Source: a virus. From it: DNA of 64,000 bases. Where the stretch lies: positions 1-64,000 of IMG/VR virus record IMGVR_UViG_3300037458_001730; one strand, given 5' to 3'. The translations under genes were made by a program, and so were the position numbers. The notes beneath the pieces were generated by a model. That model ran no database searches. It worked only from the letters and a program-made list of their open reading frames with translations, and was not told the DNA's origin. This document shows, one piece after another, positions 17,860 to 28,831 of the stretch; within the stretch, counting starts at the first letter, position 1; the number at the start of each line of letters is the position of its first letter.

Positions 17860-19494
17860 ATGTCAATAAATAAAGAAATAAGGTCAATAACATCAGGTAA
17901 TAGAACAACTGTATCTCAAGCATTTTATAACAACAACTATGCTGATTCAGATATTGGTGTATCCCCTATTTATTTGTTTAAAGTTCCAGAATATATTACT
18001 TATGGTGGTACGCCAAATTATTACGATCAAGACGCAACATCTATATTTACAAACGTCGGAAACCCTCCGCTTAGATTTATTTTTACTGCAAACACATTTA
18101 GTTTAAGTGGGAATAGTTATTTTGTGCATGAGTTATACAAATTAAGTTATGATATTCACAGGTTATATAGCGATAATCAAATTACTAACAAACCAAGTTT
18201 TACTAACAAAAACGACACAGATAACATAACAGATTCTACAACGGGAATAAAAAATAAAGCTATACAAAACGAAGAAACATTAAAACTTGGAAACAATCCA
18301 ATTCCAATACCAGAAAAGTTTTTTGGACAAGCTTTAACAGAAAAAGATTTAGCAACAATACAAACTTACTTTGAAAATCCTATAAGTGTTATAACAGCAT
18401 CCACAACTGGTATAACTGGTGCTGTTTATGATATACCTATAGATCAATTTGTAACAACGGTTGGTTCTTATAAACAAGAAGCCTTAACTGATAAGGCTCA
18501 ATATTTTTTAAAAACAAAATTAATTTTCACTATAGATCTTAACAAAAATTATAGTGAACAATATCAAGTTAGTGGTAATACTATAGTGTCAAATGAATGG
18601 AACAATTTTATAACAGCACAAACAGTATCGGAGACTCATATAATTACAGGTGAAACTTATTCTGGTTTAAATGTGGCTGGACACTTTTTTACATATTTTA
18701 TTGTTCCAGATCAACCGATAATGGAATATCCAATTACACAAGGTAATATCACTACATTTACACCTGAGTTTAGATGGTCAAACTCAGACAAAGCAGATTC
18801 ATGCGTCGTTCAAATATGTTATGATATTTTTAACACTGGTTTTACTGGTTCAAGTATTGTAAATTATCCAATAGAAAAAACAGCAGATAATGTGCAAGTT
18901 TTACAAAATGTAACATATTCTGTTGACTCACAGGCTTCGACCACAAAAAATGTATATACGACTCAAATACCTATTCAATCTAACACTGAGTTTATTTACA
19001 GAATAGGTAATTCTAAAGAAATAATTGACGTTTTTGATGTTAGAAGAGCTGTTGTGGCTTATTCTGCGCCTTATACAGCACAAACATTGAGTACATCTTT
19101 AAGTGGTAGTGTATTGGTAGAAATTGATTCTAAAAACAACTCTGATCCAGTTATACCATTTGTTCCACCTTCATTAGATTATGAAAATACATTCACAACA
19201 TATTCTCTTTATGGTACAATAAGTGGTAGTACAATTTCTGGTGGTACCGCTAACTTAATAACACCTAACGGTAGTACATTGACAGCATTTGTTCAAACTG
19301 GTGGTACTTATTCTTATTCTGGTCTTATACCAGGCGATTATTCTATATATGTAAACTATAGAGGTTACTTAACAGAAACATTTAATTTTAATATTAGCGG
19401 TACAACAACTTACAACTTTAGAATAGCTAATCTTTGGAGTAACAGCTACGATACCTTCGGAGCATTTGCAAATGAGATTCCAGTTCCTTATTAA
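17860..19494 (+). CDS. Virion structural protein with FN3-like and carboxypeptidase-regulatory-like beta-sandwich domains
   Basis: TPEFRWS; C-terminal GTISG...GGTYSYSGLIPGDYSIYVNYRGY. Confidence 0.6.
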   Translation: MSINKEIRSITSGNRTTVSQAFYNNNYADSDIGVSPIYLFKVPEYITYGGTPNYYDQDATSIFTNVGNPPLRFIFTANTFSLSGNSYFVHELYKLSYDIHRLYSDNQITNKPSFTNKNDTDNITDSTTGIKNKAIQNEETLKLGNNPIPIPEKFFGQALTEKDLATIQTYFENPISVITASTTGITGAVYDIPIDQFVTTVGSYKQEALTDKAQYFLKTKLIFTIDLNKNYSEQYQVSGNTIVSNEWNNFITAQTVSETHIITGETYSGLNVAGHFFTYFIVPDQPIMEYPITQGNITTFTPEFRWSNSDKADSCVVQICYDIFNTGFTGSSIVNYPIEKTADNVQVLQNVTYSVDSQASTTKNVYTTQIPIQSNTEFIYRIGNSKEIIDVFDVRRAVVAYSAPYTAQTLSTSLSGSVLVEIDSKNNSDPVIPFVPPSLDYENTFTTYSLYGTISGSTISGGTANLITPNGSTLTAFVQTGGTYSYSGLIPGDYSIYVNYRGYLTETFNFNISGTTTYNFRIANLWSNSYDTFGAFANEIPVPY

Positions 19495-19525
19495 ATTTTG
19501 TAAGTATTTATAAAAAACAAAAAAA

Positions 19526-19897
19526 ATGACTGGCGAACTTATACCAACGGCTTATACATACAATCAAGGGAGAATTGCTATAAACAACGCTTTTTCTGGG
19601 ATATCCCCACTAAGTGCTGTGGCAGTAGCGGTTACAACAACTGGTAATACATATGGCGCACAAGCTGGAGATGCACTTGTAGTTCAAACTGGAACAGATA
19701 ATGTATATTTACCACAAATGAATGGTGAAAGCAGAATTATTATTGTTAAAAATTATGGAATAGGCTCAATTGATGTTTTACCACTTATTGGCGGTGCAAT
19801 AGATGGCTCAAGTGGTGTAACACTTTCACCATTACAGTGTGTTACAATTCATGGTGATGGTGGAACCAATTGGTATATCACTAGTAAGTTTGTATAA
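19526..19897 (+). CDS. Small virion fibre/decoration-like protein, paralog A
   Basis: ELI...TY.QG..A.NNAFSG, LP, KN, IDG, G.NW.I..KFV shared with the next ORF; TATTTATA upstream (19505-19512). Confidence 0.65.
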   Translation: MTGELIPTAYTYNQGRIAINNAFSGISPLSAVAVAVTTTGNTYGAQAGDALVVQTGTDNVYLPQMNGESRIIIVKNYGIGSIDVLPLIGGAIDGSSGVTLSPLQCVTIHGDGGTNWYITSKFV

Positions 19898-19899
19898 TC

Positions 19900-20268
19900 A
19901 TGAGCGAATTAATAGTTTCTAATATTACATATAGACAGGGAAATACGGCGCTAAATAATGCCTTTTCTGGTACAGCAAATTTCATTGCAATATCAACAAA
20001 ACATACGCTTGTTGGTGGGCCGCATACTTTTGATGAAACTGATTTTTTAGTTGTCCAAGCTGGTCCATCAAATGTGACTTTACCACCAGCTTCAACTAGG
20101 GGCAGATTTGTGGCAATAAAAAATCAAAGCGGAGGCGGAATAAACGTTGTGCTAGATGGTGCTGATACAATTGATGGTGCGTCTGGAAATTACCCTTTAT
20201 CAAACAATGAATGTCTGGGTTTAATAAGTAACTCTGGAAACTGGTTTATTGTCTATAAATTTGTTTAA
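19900..20268 (+). CDS. Small virion fibre/decoration-like protein, paralog B
   Basis: Collinear similarity to 19526-19897; both end KFV. Confidence 0.65.
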   Translation: MSELIVSNITYRQGNTALNNAFSGTANFIAISTKHTLVGGPHTFDETDFLVVQAGPSNVTLPPASTRGRFVAIKNQSGGGINVVLDGADTIDGASGNYPLSNNECLGLISNSGNWFIVYKFV

Positions 20269-21140
20269 ATACCTTGAGATGTATTAAAATAATTTTGATT
20301 CAAATTAATATTTGTTCTTCTTTCTTTGATATCTAAATTAGCATCGTTGAAAGTTGATTTTCTAGTTAAAAGATTGTATTGAGCATATAAATTACCAGCA
20401 TCATCAAATATAGACAACAAACCATTGGATAGATCTCTGACAGCATTACCTAAAAGAACGTATGATAATGTTTTTATGTTTTGATCTACCATTTCTATTT
20501 CCAGTATTGTTGGATCAAAAAATGTGTTTGACACCATTATTTTTTGTCCTTTCGAACCGAGGTCTGGGCTTGTTTGATTTGTTATAAGAGATACTTCGTC
20601 TGGGGTTAAAGTTAAAAATAACTGAGTTCCATTTGGGTCTAAATAATATGTAGTTGCATTTGGGCTGGAAGAACTATTATTTGAGCTAACACTAACTAGA
20701 TCACTACTTGTTACTATTCTGTGAAAATTTCTTATTTTTTCACCGTTTGAGTTAAAATACTCTATTTGATAACCAACCAAACTACCAGCGCTTTGAAATT
20801 GTAATTTTGGGATTATTATGCCCTTTTTTGATATTTGTAATTCTTGATCAGTGTTTGTAACTATAAAACTACAGTCTAAAATAGTTGTCTCAAAAGATTT
20901 TGGCTTTATAAGTACGGTATAAAAACCAAGCTGATTAAATCTGCTCGCTGGGAGTCTTAATTTGTATCCGCCGTCTGCTCCAAGCATCTTTCTAAATTCG
21001 TTGGTTGTAACAGAGTTGTAGAGTGGCACAAACTGTGTGTCTCCAAGCGTGTTTCTATCTGGGCTATACGCATAAAAAATGTCTACATCTGATTCAGACA
21101 CATCAGATAATTTGCGATTACCATAAATTCCTACAGCCAT
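20265..21140 (-). CDS. Putative virion structural protein
   Basis: 291-aa ORF in the structural module; TATTTATA upstream (21159-21166). Confidence 0.6.
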   Translation of the reverse strand: MAVGIYGNRKLSDVSESDVDIFYAYSPDRNTLGDTQFVPLYNSVTTNEFRKMLGADGGYKLRLPASRFNQLGFYTVLIKPKSFETTILDCSFIVTNTDQELQISKKGIIIPKLQFQSAGSLVGYQIEYFNSNGEKIRNFHRIVTSSDLVSVSSNNSSSSPNATTYYLDPNGTQLFLTLTPDEVSLITNQTSPDLGSKGQKIMVSNTFFDPTILEIEMVDQNIKTLSYVLLGNAVRDLSNGLLSIFDDAGNLYAQYNLLTRKSTFNDANLDIKERRTNINLNQNYFNTSQGI

Positions 21141-21206
21141 ACTTTTTGTTTTCTTTTATATAAATAACAAAGAAAAAAATAATAATTTAACACGTAAAAA
21201 TAAACA

Positions 21207-22313
21207 CTATGCAGACCCAGAAGGGGAAGAGCCACCCCCTAAATCTATTGGTTCAGAAGAAATTATTTGACTTGGAGAAGCATAAAAAAGACTCTCATTT
21301 GTTTCTAAGTTTAATCTAACAAAAGAGCTTAAAATTGTGTTTATTTTTGTACTAAGATTTTCATTTATATTTTGAGTAAATGCGCTATATTCAGGATAAG
21401 AATTTATAGTTTTTTTAGGTATTCTTACAAAATTTGGGCTATAATCGTTTCTAGATATTTGATTTGTATTTCTTTTTATATAAACAGTTACATAATAACT
21501 TTCCTCTTTTGTGGTGTCTACCCATATTGGTTTTTCTATCGTTTGAATGATTCCGCTTTTTATACTTAAAGGTATTGTGTTCATACCCTGATTTATAGCG
21601 TATGAATAGATTTGGTTTTTAGTTAAAGATGGCGTAATTTCACTTGCCCAGGCGCTATAAAATATTTTTTCAACTGATTTAAATCCACCAGCTAAATTCT
21701 TTGCTATAGTTGCAGTCATACTAAACTTAGGAACTTCAATAATTGGAGAGTTTTCAACGCTTGATACGCTATTGAAACTACTCAAAGTATTTAACGAGAT
21801 TTCTTCAAAAGATGTTTGTTCACTGTTGTTTGATGTAAAATTTACACTTGTTTTTACTCCTTGTTCCTCATCGTTTGAGTTAACAATTGTAATTGAAAAG
21901 TTATTTTTATTAGATGTTGAACCAGGTAATGACGATGGGTTTACATCCACATTAGAAGAAATATTGTTTGAGGCGTTTTCGAAACTTATTAATGGGCCTT
22001 GATTTCCAGTTTTTGCTGATTTTATTAATCTGTTATAATAGTCATTGAAAACATTTGATAATTTTTGATCTGAGTTTACAATGTTCATTGTTTGAGCTCT
22101 AGTTGTACTTCCAGTTAGATATGCAAAAAAATCTTTTGTTATTTGAATATTTTTTTGGTCATTTAAAAAACCTCTTACATTAGAAAAATTTACGACACCG
22201 CCACCATTTGAATTTTGATATAAATAATAGTCTCCAACTAAAGAAACACCACTTGTGTTGCTAGTAGTTGTAGATGTGTATGCTCTATTTAAAATTATTT
22301 GGAAACTTTGCAT
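21207..22313 (-). CDS. Putative structural protein (Ser/Asn/Thr-rich)
   Basis: 368-aa ORF coupled to the upstream gene. Confidence 0.55.
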   Translation of the reverse strand: MQSFQIILNRAYTSTTTSNTSGVSLVGDYYLYQNSNGGGVVNFSNVRGFLNDQKNIQITKDFFAYLTGSTTRAQTMNIVNSDQKLSNVFNDYYNRLIKSAKTGNQGPLISFENASNNISSNVDVNPSSLPGSTSNKNNFSITIVNSNDEEQGVKTSVNFTSNNSEQTSFEEISLNTLSSFNSVSSVENSPIIEVPKFSMTATIAKNLAGGFKSVEKIFYSAWASEITPSLTKNQIYSYAINQGMNTIPLSIKSGIIQTIEKPIWVDTTKEESYYVTVYIKRNTNQISRNDYSPNFVRIPKKTINSYPEYSAFTQNINENLSTKINTILSSFVRLNLETNESLFYASPSQIISSEPIDLGGGSSPSGSA

Positions 22314-22837
22314 TATGTATTTATGTTTATATTTCTATAAAAAGCTTTTGAAACTATCTCTTCATTGTTTAATTTAAATTTTGATAAATAATCTCTTGTG
22401 ACTTCGTTTTGTTCCCCTTTGTTCCAGGGAAATTCGTTATATCCAAGTCTATCAAACCAAATCATCACTTCATTTGTTGTGTAATTTGCCAATTCTGGTT
22501 TAAGTTCTTTAATTAGATCTACTACTGATTGTGTTAAACCAGATCCAACTGTTGGTTTGTTGTATTTTATAGAATCAAAAAAGCCAAACTCAACATACCA
22601 TGGATTTATTTCTTGTCTTTCTATGTCATATATGCTTGTATCTCTGAATACCTCAACATATTCATATAATGTTTCTGTTTTCGTTAACAAAACTGGTATA
22701 TAAAAATCAAATTGAGGCATTGAAGAAGTTTTTCTAACCTCTCCTTCGTGAACAAATTGATATTCTCCGTTTTCACCAGTTGGTGTTGTTCTTGCGAATA
22801 TTTTGAATTTGTGTATATTTTCAGTTTGATTTCCCAT
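22313..22837 (-). CDS. Hypothetical protein (structural module)
   Basis: Track start is 22870; ATG 22837 (MGNQTE) follows a TATTTAT motif at 22842-22848 and avoids the overlap. Confidence 0.55.
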   Translation of the reverse strand: MGNQTENIHKFKIFARTTPTGENGEYQFVHEGEVRKTSSMPQFDFYIPVLLTKTETLYEYVEVFRDTSIYDIERQEINPWYVEFGFFDSIKYNKPTVGSGLTQSVVDLIKELKPELANYTTNEVMIWFDRLGYNEFPWNKGEQNEVTRDYLSKFKLNNEEIVSKAFYRNININT

Positions 22838-22856
22838 GTAGATAAATAACTTGATT

Positions 22857-23444
22857 TTATTTCTTGGCAACCATCAAATCTTTTTTTACCCAATGTTTAT
22901 TGTAAAAAAAATAAAAATCATTATCTACTGAAATAGAGTTTCCGTTGCTGTCAAAATCAACTATTTGGGTACCAAATTCAATTATATTTTGATCTGCATC
23001 TTTGAAAATTAATTGTTGTACAAAAAATTGATCCTCTGTTTTTATTCCATCGCCCAAAAACTTAAAATAAACAAAATCATATGGATAATTATTTAATTCA
23101 AGAAGATATTGGCCCCTTTTGAAACCATAGGCATTATAACCCCCATAAGCTAAACTCTTGCTTTGTAGAATAATTAGTGGATTGTCATCTAATGGATCTG
23201 AATATACTGGAATATAAATATTGTTTGTGTCTACAACATTTGAATCTATTATTCCATATATTCTAAAGTCTCTTGAACTATTTCTTTCTTTTCTCCATTG
23301 ATTATAAACATCGAAAACGATTTCGTGTTTATCTTTTCTTATTTCACTAAAAGTCCTATTAAGTTCTAAGTTTAAAAATATATCTTCATTATCTTTAGAT
23401 AAGATATCTTTATCTCCGAGCAATATTTTGTTCTTTTCGTCCAT
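22857..23444 (-). CDS. Putative structural protein
   Basis: 195-aa ORF; ERNSSRDFRIYG motif; in the baseplate operon. Confidence 0.55.
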   Translation of the reverse strand: MDEKNKILLGDKDILSKDNEDIFLNLELNRTFSEIRKDKHEIVFDVYNQWRKERNSSRDFRIYGIIDSNVVDTNNIYIPVYSDPLDDNPLIILQSKSLAYGGYNAYGFKRGQYLLELNNYPYDFVYFKFLGDGIKTEDQFFVQQLIFKDADQNIIEFGTQIVDFDSNGNSISVDNDFYFFYNKHWVKKDLMVAKK

Positions 23445-23446
23445 TT

Positions 23447-26398
23447 TTACTTAATAATAATTTGATATATTTCGTTGTCGTTATCTTTTGTTTGATTATT
23501 AGTGTTTATACCCTTACTTTCTCTATCATCATCAAGATGTCTTGTCCACAGTTGTTTGTTTGATGGTTGTATTGATGCTGGGAAATTAAAGTTTACCAAT
23601 GTTGTTTCTACGCCATTTTTAATATAGGTCTGATCTGTTGTTGGTGCTGTTATTACAAGCCTAACATCGTATCTAGATTGTTCGTATTTGTTTGTATCTA
23701 TATTAAAACTAGCGTTACCTGGGTATGTCATTATTGTGTTAGTTAAAATTTGATTTACTGGACCAGTGACATCTACTACAGCTGGCTGAACAACATAATA
23801 ATCACCTGGTCTTAATGTTATATTTTGAGTAGCTTGCACAGTGGTATTTATACCAACACCTTGAACTTGCACTGTTCCATTGTGTTTGTTTTGAAATGTG
23901 ACTGTTATGTCGCCAGTATTTGTTAATTGGAACGAATAAACTCTGTTAGTTTCACCAAAGTCTACTTTCACATAAGTGCTTATGACAAAATTTTTAGCTT
24001 CACTAATATTGTCGATTCCTGATTTTAAAATTCTATAAATGTCTATTGAATTTTTTGGAATTATTTTACTATTAAAAGAGAAAGCTAAATTTTGATTTTC
24101 TAAATTATATATCTGATTTACCCATGTTCTATAAGAAGAAAAAGAGTTGAGGACAGGGTAAGAAGTTGCCAGCGTTGTAGCTGGGCCTGGATTATTCACA
24201 TCTCCACCAAGTGCTCCATCTTGATTTGTGTGTATTGTATCTGGCAAATAATACATATCTCCACCCCACTCTATTTTAAAAACTCTTGGCCAATTATTAT
24301 ATTTCATAAAATATCCATAACCACATTCTAGTCTTTGATATTTTTCTCCATTATTTACTTTTGACATTCCAGCTAATTGTTCTTTTGGATCATTAGGAAT
24401 GTTTGAATCATATGTACCCTTGTTTTCTTGTGTCCAATAAGGCTCAAATCCATTAGCGTATGTTTCATTCCAAGCTACGTCTTTTTCATATTTGTACATA
24501 AAATTCCTAGTGGCAACTTGACCTATTCTGTTTATTACAAAGTTGCCATAAGTAACAGCGTTTTGAATGCTGAAACCACCAGCGTTTGCTGATGTTCCAC
24601 TTGTTTGATCTACCATGTAACCTACCATGTCTCCATCACTAAACCAAGGTTCCTCTATGATGTATGGGTTTTTAAAAGTTCTTTGGTTTCCAGCAAAATA
24701 TCTTTCAACCGCTGGTTTTTTTGCTATTTTATATTTATTTGGATAATTAATAGTCCATGGTTTAGAATAAGATGATTCGTAATTTAAATCAAAATGACTA
24801 TAATATTGATTCGTGCTTGGGTTTAAATACCCACCAGTTGTTCTATAACACACATCTTCGTTGACATATGTTTTAAATTGGTAAGCTGTTAACCAAACAC
24901 CTTTTTGTTGTGTTGGCGATCCATTTAAATCTGTTCTATAACCACTCGGATCATATAAGTTTGCTGGAAGTTTAAGAACATGACAACCAAAACTGTTGTA
25001 TTGTAAAGTGGATTTTTGATCCACAAACTCATTTACCCAAATATATCTAGAAGTCTCTTTTCTTTCTAAATCGTTTTCTATTTGAGCCACAGTTAAAGAT
25101 TTTATAGGAAAACCAGGTAAAGTCATGTCTCTAATTTGTATCTTAAATGTGTTTGCAGCGTTCTTGGCTGTGGTAATTTCTAATTTTTCTGGACCATAAG
25201 CTGCTGGTGGAAATATATATGTGGTCCACTTTCTTAAATCTAAATTAACAGACACATTTAATTCTGTATACCCACTTTGGTTTGTTCCCCACGCTGGTAA
25301 AACATCTGTTGGAATTTGATTATAATAATAACAAGGTAGTTGACCTAACGAAACTCCTTCGTTTGTTGGGAAAGGGAAATTGTTTAACACGATTTCGTCA
25401 TATGTCAATCCTTGTTTAAAAAGATCTACTTCAAAAACCAATATTTGACTTCCAACTGGTGCGTTATAAATTATAAACTCTCCATTTTCATTAGTTATTG
25501 TTACGTATTTAAATTTTTCTGGAGTAGTCTTAAATTGAGAAGCTGATCTTAAAAACCCCGCATCTAGATCGCGAGCTAAAGAGTCAAAATATAATTCATC
25601 TTTTATGTTTTCTTTTATATTCATAAAGAACCTATCACCATCTTCATTTAAAGAAGATGGAGTTGGGAACTCATCATTTGGATTAAAAATACCAACAGGA
25701 ACATTTTTTAAAGGAACTTTTATAGTGTTTCCGTTTTCATCTTTTATTAATTGTCTTGCTTCTAATTTTCCATAAAGTATACCAGTGTTAGCCTCTTGTG
25801 AAGGAACACTATTTATCGGTTTGTTGTAAACTTTTAAAGTATCAAGTGTTTCAAAAGTTCTAGTTAGCTTTATGTTTGCGTACATGTCATCAATTAACAC
25901 GTCTTTAAAAATAACAATTGGGCTAACACTTACTGTGGCTGGCGTTGTTGAATAAAAATCTTTATTAGAATTTGCCAAAACCAGATCTTGAGTTAATTGA
26001 TTATTTCCAACACTTTCAGTTGATGGGGATGATAAATTTTGTACAGCCTGATCTCTTAATGCTTGTGGAACATTATTTGTGAATCTGTTTTTTATAGTAT
26101 TTTTTTGATACTCTTCTACTTTTGTTGTAAATTTTTCTGTTTTACTATATCCAGTTACATAAAGCTGTGTTGAAGCTGTGAGTTGTTCGCTTAAATAATA
26201 ACCGTTGCTTTCTTTTATTTTCCAAATTTCTTTAGGATTATTAAAGTAACCGTATTCCAAAGGTTGTCCATAACCATCTATGGATACCCATGTAGGATCT
26301 GTTAGGTCTGGAATATCACCACTTTTAATGTTTGCTACAAAATAAAAAACAGTAGTTCCAGTTTTGGATGTTTTATATAAAATTTCTTCTGTTGTCAT
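23447..26398 (-). CDS. Large baseplate-associated structural protein
   Basis: GILYGKL...PLKNVPVGIF and TITNENGEFIIYNAPVGSQIL (transthyretin/carboxypeptidase-regulatory-like fold); directly follows the gp6-like gene. Confidence 0.65.
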   Translation of the reverse strand: MTTEEILYKTSKTGTTVFYFVANIKSGDIPDLTDPTWVSIDGYGQPLEYGYFNNPKEIWKIKESNGYYLSEQLTASTQLYVTGYSKTEKFTTKVEEYQKNTIKNRFTNNVPQALRDQAVQNLSSPSTESVGNNQLTQDLVLANSNKDFYSTTPATVSVSPIVIFKDVLIDDMYANIKLTRTFETLDTLKVYNKPINSVPSQEANTGILYGKLEARQLIKDENGNTIKVPLKNVPVGIFNPNDEFPTPSSLNEDGDRFFMNIKENIKDELYFDSLARDLDAGFLRSASQFKTTPEKFKYVTITNENGEFIIYNAPVGSQILVFEVDLFKQGLTYDEIVLNNFPFPTNEGVSLGQLPCYYYNQIPTDVLPAWGTNQSGYTELNVSVNLDLRKWTTYIFPPAAYGPEKLEITTAKNAANTFKIQIRDMTLPGFPIKSLTVAQIENDLERKETSRYIWVNEFVDQKSTLQYNSFGCHVLKLPANLYDPSGYRTDLNGSPTQQKGVWLTAYQFKTYVNEDVCYRTTGGYLNPSTNQYYSHFDLNYESSYSKPWTINYPNKYKIAKKPAVERYFAGNQRTFKNPYIIEEPWFSDGDMVGYMVDQTSGTSANAGGFSIQNAVTYGNFVINRIGQVATRNFMYKYEKDVAWNETYANGFEPYWTQENKGTYDSNIPNDPKEQLAGMSKVNNGEKYQRLECGYGYFMKYNNWPRVFKIEWGGDMYYLPDTIHTNQDGALGGDVNNPGPATTLATSYPVLNSFSSYRTWVNQIYNLENQNLAFSFNSKIIPKNSIDIYRILKSGIDNISEAKNFVISTYVKVDFGETNRVYSFQLTNTGDITVTFQNKHNGTVQVQGVGINTTVQATQNITLRPGDYYVVQPAVVDVTGPVNQILTNTIMTYPGNASFNIDTNKYEQSRYDVRLVITAPTTDQTYIKNGVETTLVNFNFPASIQPSNKQLWTRHLDDDRESKGINTNNQTKDNDNEIYQIIIK

Positions 26399-26400
26399 TT

Positions 26401-28251
26401 TTATGCAACTCTAACTCTTATATCTGTGTTTGGAAATTTTATTTCAAAAAGGGCTAGTGGAGATCCAAATATCGAATTGTCTATGTATTCAATTTGGGTT
26501 CTAAAACCACCACTAGATGTTATTACTCTTGTACCAGTAGCTTGTGCGCATAAAGTAGAAGAATATCCGCCACTTTCCATGTTGTAAAATCTAATATCTA
26601 CAACATTTATAACACCTGGAACTTCTCGTAATATATCAGTTATTTGTGATATATAAATATTCTGATTCATTTCCCATTTATTTATATCTAAAAAATCAGC
26701 TACAGCAGATATAGCATTTGATTTTATTTCATTAATATTAAAATCTTTGTTAACATAAAGATCTACTTCCACTTGAAGGTTTACAACTTTAGCGTCATTA
26801 ATTTCCACATAGTCATTTATCATTCTATATGGCATTAAAAATTGAGCCAAATTATTTTTTATATCTGATGTTGAGTTTGATATAAGTGTACCATCAGCAT
26901 TTTTTGTAAGAATATACAACTTAACTTTGTTGTCTTCAATTTGTCCATGCACTTTAAATGGGGCCCCAAATTTTCCAGGCATTTGATAACATCTTGATAT
27001 GTAATCTTCTAATGTTACACATCTTTTTTGACTAGCAAAATTAGCTGCTATATTATATTTTATTTCTTCAACACTTGGGAGTCCAACACCACCTATAGCT
27101 GGTATTGGATTATTTGCTCTTGTTGAAGATATAACTCGTTGGTTTACTGTTGCGTCTGGTCCAGTTATTATATAGTCTATATTGCTTACCTCTTGGAGGG
27201 TGTTTGCCCCTACATTACTTAAAGATCCACCACCGACTCTATATTTAACAAAAATGGTCGAATTTGGTGGTACCATTACACCAAGTGCGTTGTTGTTTAA
27301 CACAGTGGATACGCTCAATTCACTTGGTGGGCATTTTTCAGCAGATAAGGAATCTAAATAATCTGAATAAGCATTATAGTCTGATGTTCCACCACCAAGT
27401 GTTATTTTACATGTTCCATCTGCTAAAAATTCTTTTATAAACCTTTGTTCAACCTCCATATATGTTCCTCTTTTATAAGAGTCACTTGCTGTTACTGTAC
27501 CGTCTTCAACAAATAAATAATTTTCTGGAAGATATTCTACTTCCCAAAACTTATAATCTGGATTACTAAAGTCTTCATATGTTGGATTTGTTGTTATACC
27601 AATAGATGGCATAATTATAAGACTTAAAATTTCCAACACGTTATTTTCTGGAAGAGTAATTTGAAAAAATGGTTTTGCCTCTTCTGCAGTAACTTCTCTT
27701 TTAAAAATTTTTGTTGCTCCAGCTTTTATTTTTTCTCTTTTTATTATTCTATATCTTATAAGATCTTGATTTCCATTTAAAATCGGCTGTATGATTCTGT
27801 TTGGATCTCCTGTTTCGCTAAAATCTCTGGAGAAATCTATTTCTTCAGTGGTTTCAAATATTTGACCAGCGCCTTTTATTTGAACCCCTGGTCTATATAT
27901 AGGCAAATAATCTGGGTCTGGACCATTAGCGCTTACTGGCACCTCGATTGTTATATCTGCAAGTGTTAATGCTGGCCTAACTCCTGGCACACTATACCCT
28001 AAAGTTTTAGCTAATCTATAAGCTGATTTTCTTTCTGTAACTCCATCTAAAAAAAGTTCATTGAATTTTTTATCAGCAACATATGAAAGTATATCTCCAA
28101 CATAAGCGTTTAATTCTAATAAAGCCATACCAGGTGAGGCGACATTAAAATCTTGCCACTGATCTGGGAAGAAAGCTTTTAAATAATTTATTAGATCCTC
28201 TCGGATTGAGGTATAATCTCTGCTTAAATAATTTACTTGTGGGGTGGCCAT
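26401..28251 (-). CDS. Baseplate wedge subunit (T4 gp6 / baseplate J-like)
   Basis: YLSRDYTSIREDLINY, DFNVASPGMALLELNAYVGDILSY, YRVGGG..SN, NPIPAIGG, QKRCVTLEDY. Confidence 0.92.
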   Translation of the reverse strand: MATPQVNYLSRDYTSIREDLINYLKAFFPDQWQDFNVASPGMALLELNAYVGDILSYVADKKFNELFLDGVTERKSAYRLAKTLGYSVPGVRPALTLADITIEVPVSANGPDPDYLPIYRPGVQIKGAGQIFETTEEIDFSRDFSETGDPNRIIQPILNGNQDLIRYRIIKREKIKAGATKIFKREVTAEEAKPFFQITLPENNVLEILSLIIMPSIGITTNPTYEDFSNPDYKFWEVEYLPENYLFVEDGTVTASDSYKRGTYMEVEQRFIKEFLADGTCKITLGGGTSDYNAYSDYLDSLSAEKCPPSELSVSTVLNNNALGVMVPPNSTIFVKYRVGGGSLSNVGANTLQEVSNIDYIITGPDATVNQRVISSTRANNPIPAIGGVGLPSVEEIKYNIAANFASQKRCVTLEDYISRCYQMPGKFGAPFKVHGQIEDNKVKLYILTKNADGTLISNSTSDIKNNLAQFLMPYRMINDYVEINDAKVVNLQVEVDLYVNKDFNINEIKSNAISAVADFLDINKWEMNQNIYISQITDILREVPGVINVVDIRFYNMESGGYSSTLCAQATGTRVITSSGGFRTQIEYIDNSIFGSPLALFEIKFPNTDIRVRVA

Positions 28252-28261
28252 TTTTTAAATT

Positions 28262-28648
28262 TTAGTTAGTTGGTTGTGTTTGTATGTCTATTTCTACAAA
28301 ATCTGTAGCATCAGATAACTCTATTAATGAATAAACTATTTTGGTAGTCAAAACATATGTGGTTTCATCGAAAGTTAAAATTATGTCATTTATAGAAATT
28401 TCTGGTATATATTTATTTATCTTGGTCTGCAATTCGGTTCTTAATCTATCTTCTAAAATCTCGTCCCATGGTTCAAAAATAGCATCATATAAAGGTGAAT
28501 ATAAATCATTATTCATTGGCCTTTGTCTTCTTTTTGTGGTAAGAAGAGATATTAGGTTTGTTCTTACCTTTTCAGAAGTAGTAGAATTACTTTTGAATAT
28601 ACCTCCACTAGAGCTTTCTTGAAAAGGGAATTTTATACTTATAGCCAT
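28262..28648 (-). CDS. Baseplate wedge protein gp25/GPW-like (sheath initiator)
   Basis: IKFPF...VRTNLISLLTTK..QRPM...L...IFEP...KYIPEI; adjacent to the gp6-like gene. Confidence 0.85.
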   Translation of the reverse strand: MAISIKFPFQESSSGGIFKSNSTTSEKVRTNLISLLTTKRRQRPMNNDLYSPLYDAIFEPWDEILEDRLRTELQTKINKYIPEISINDIILTFDETTYVLTTKIVYSLIELSDATDFVEIDIQTQPTN

Positions 28649-28831
28649 TTTTAGTGTTTATAATATAAATATGTTATCAAAAAAAATAAACATTTTAAAG
28701 CTGAGTATAACCTATGTTTTTATGTGCTTTTCACTATAAAACCCCACGGCAAGTTAACCTCGTTCTAAAAAATCCTAAATATGTAGTGCAACTAATTGAC
28801 AAATAAAAAAATTAACCCACTATTTATTTGT

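Noticed and set aside
28672-28820. Possible ncRNA or tRNA in a longer intergenic gap
   Set aside because: No cloverleaf or convincing stable structure is seen; it is explained as a divergent promoter region.
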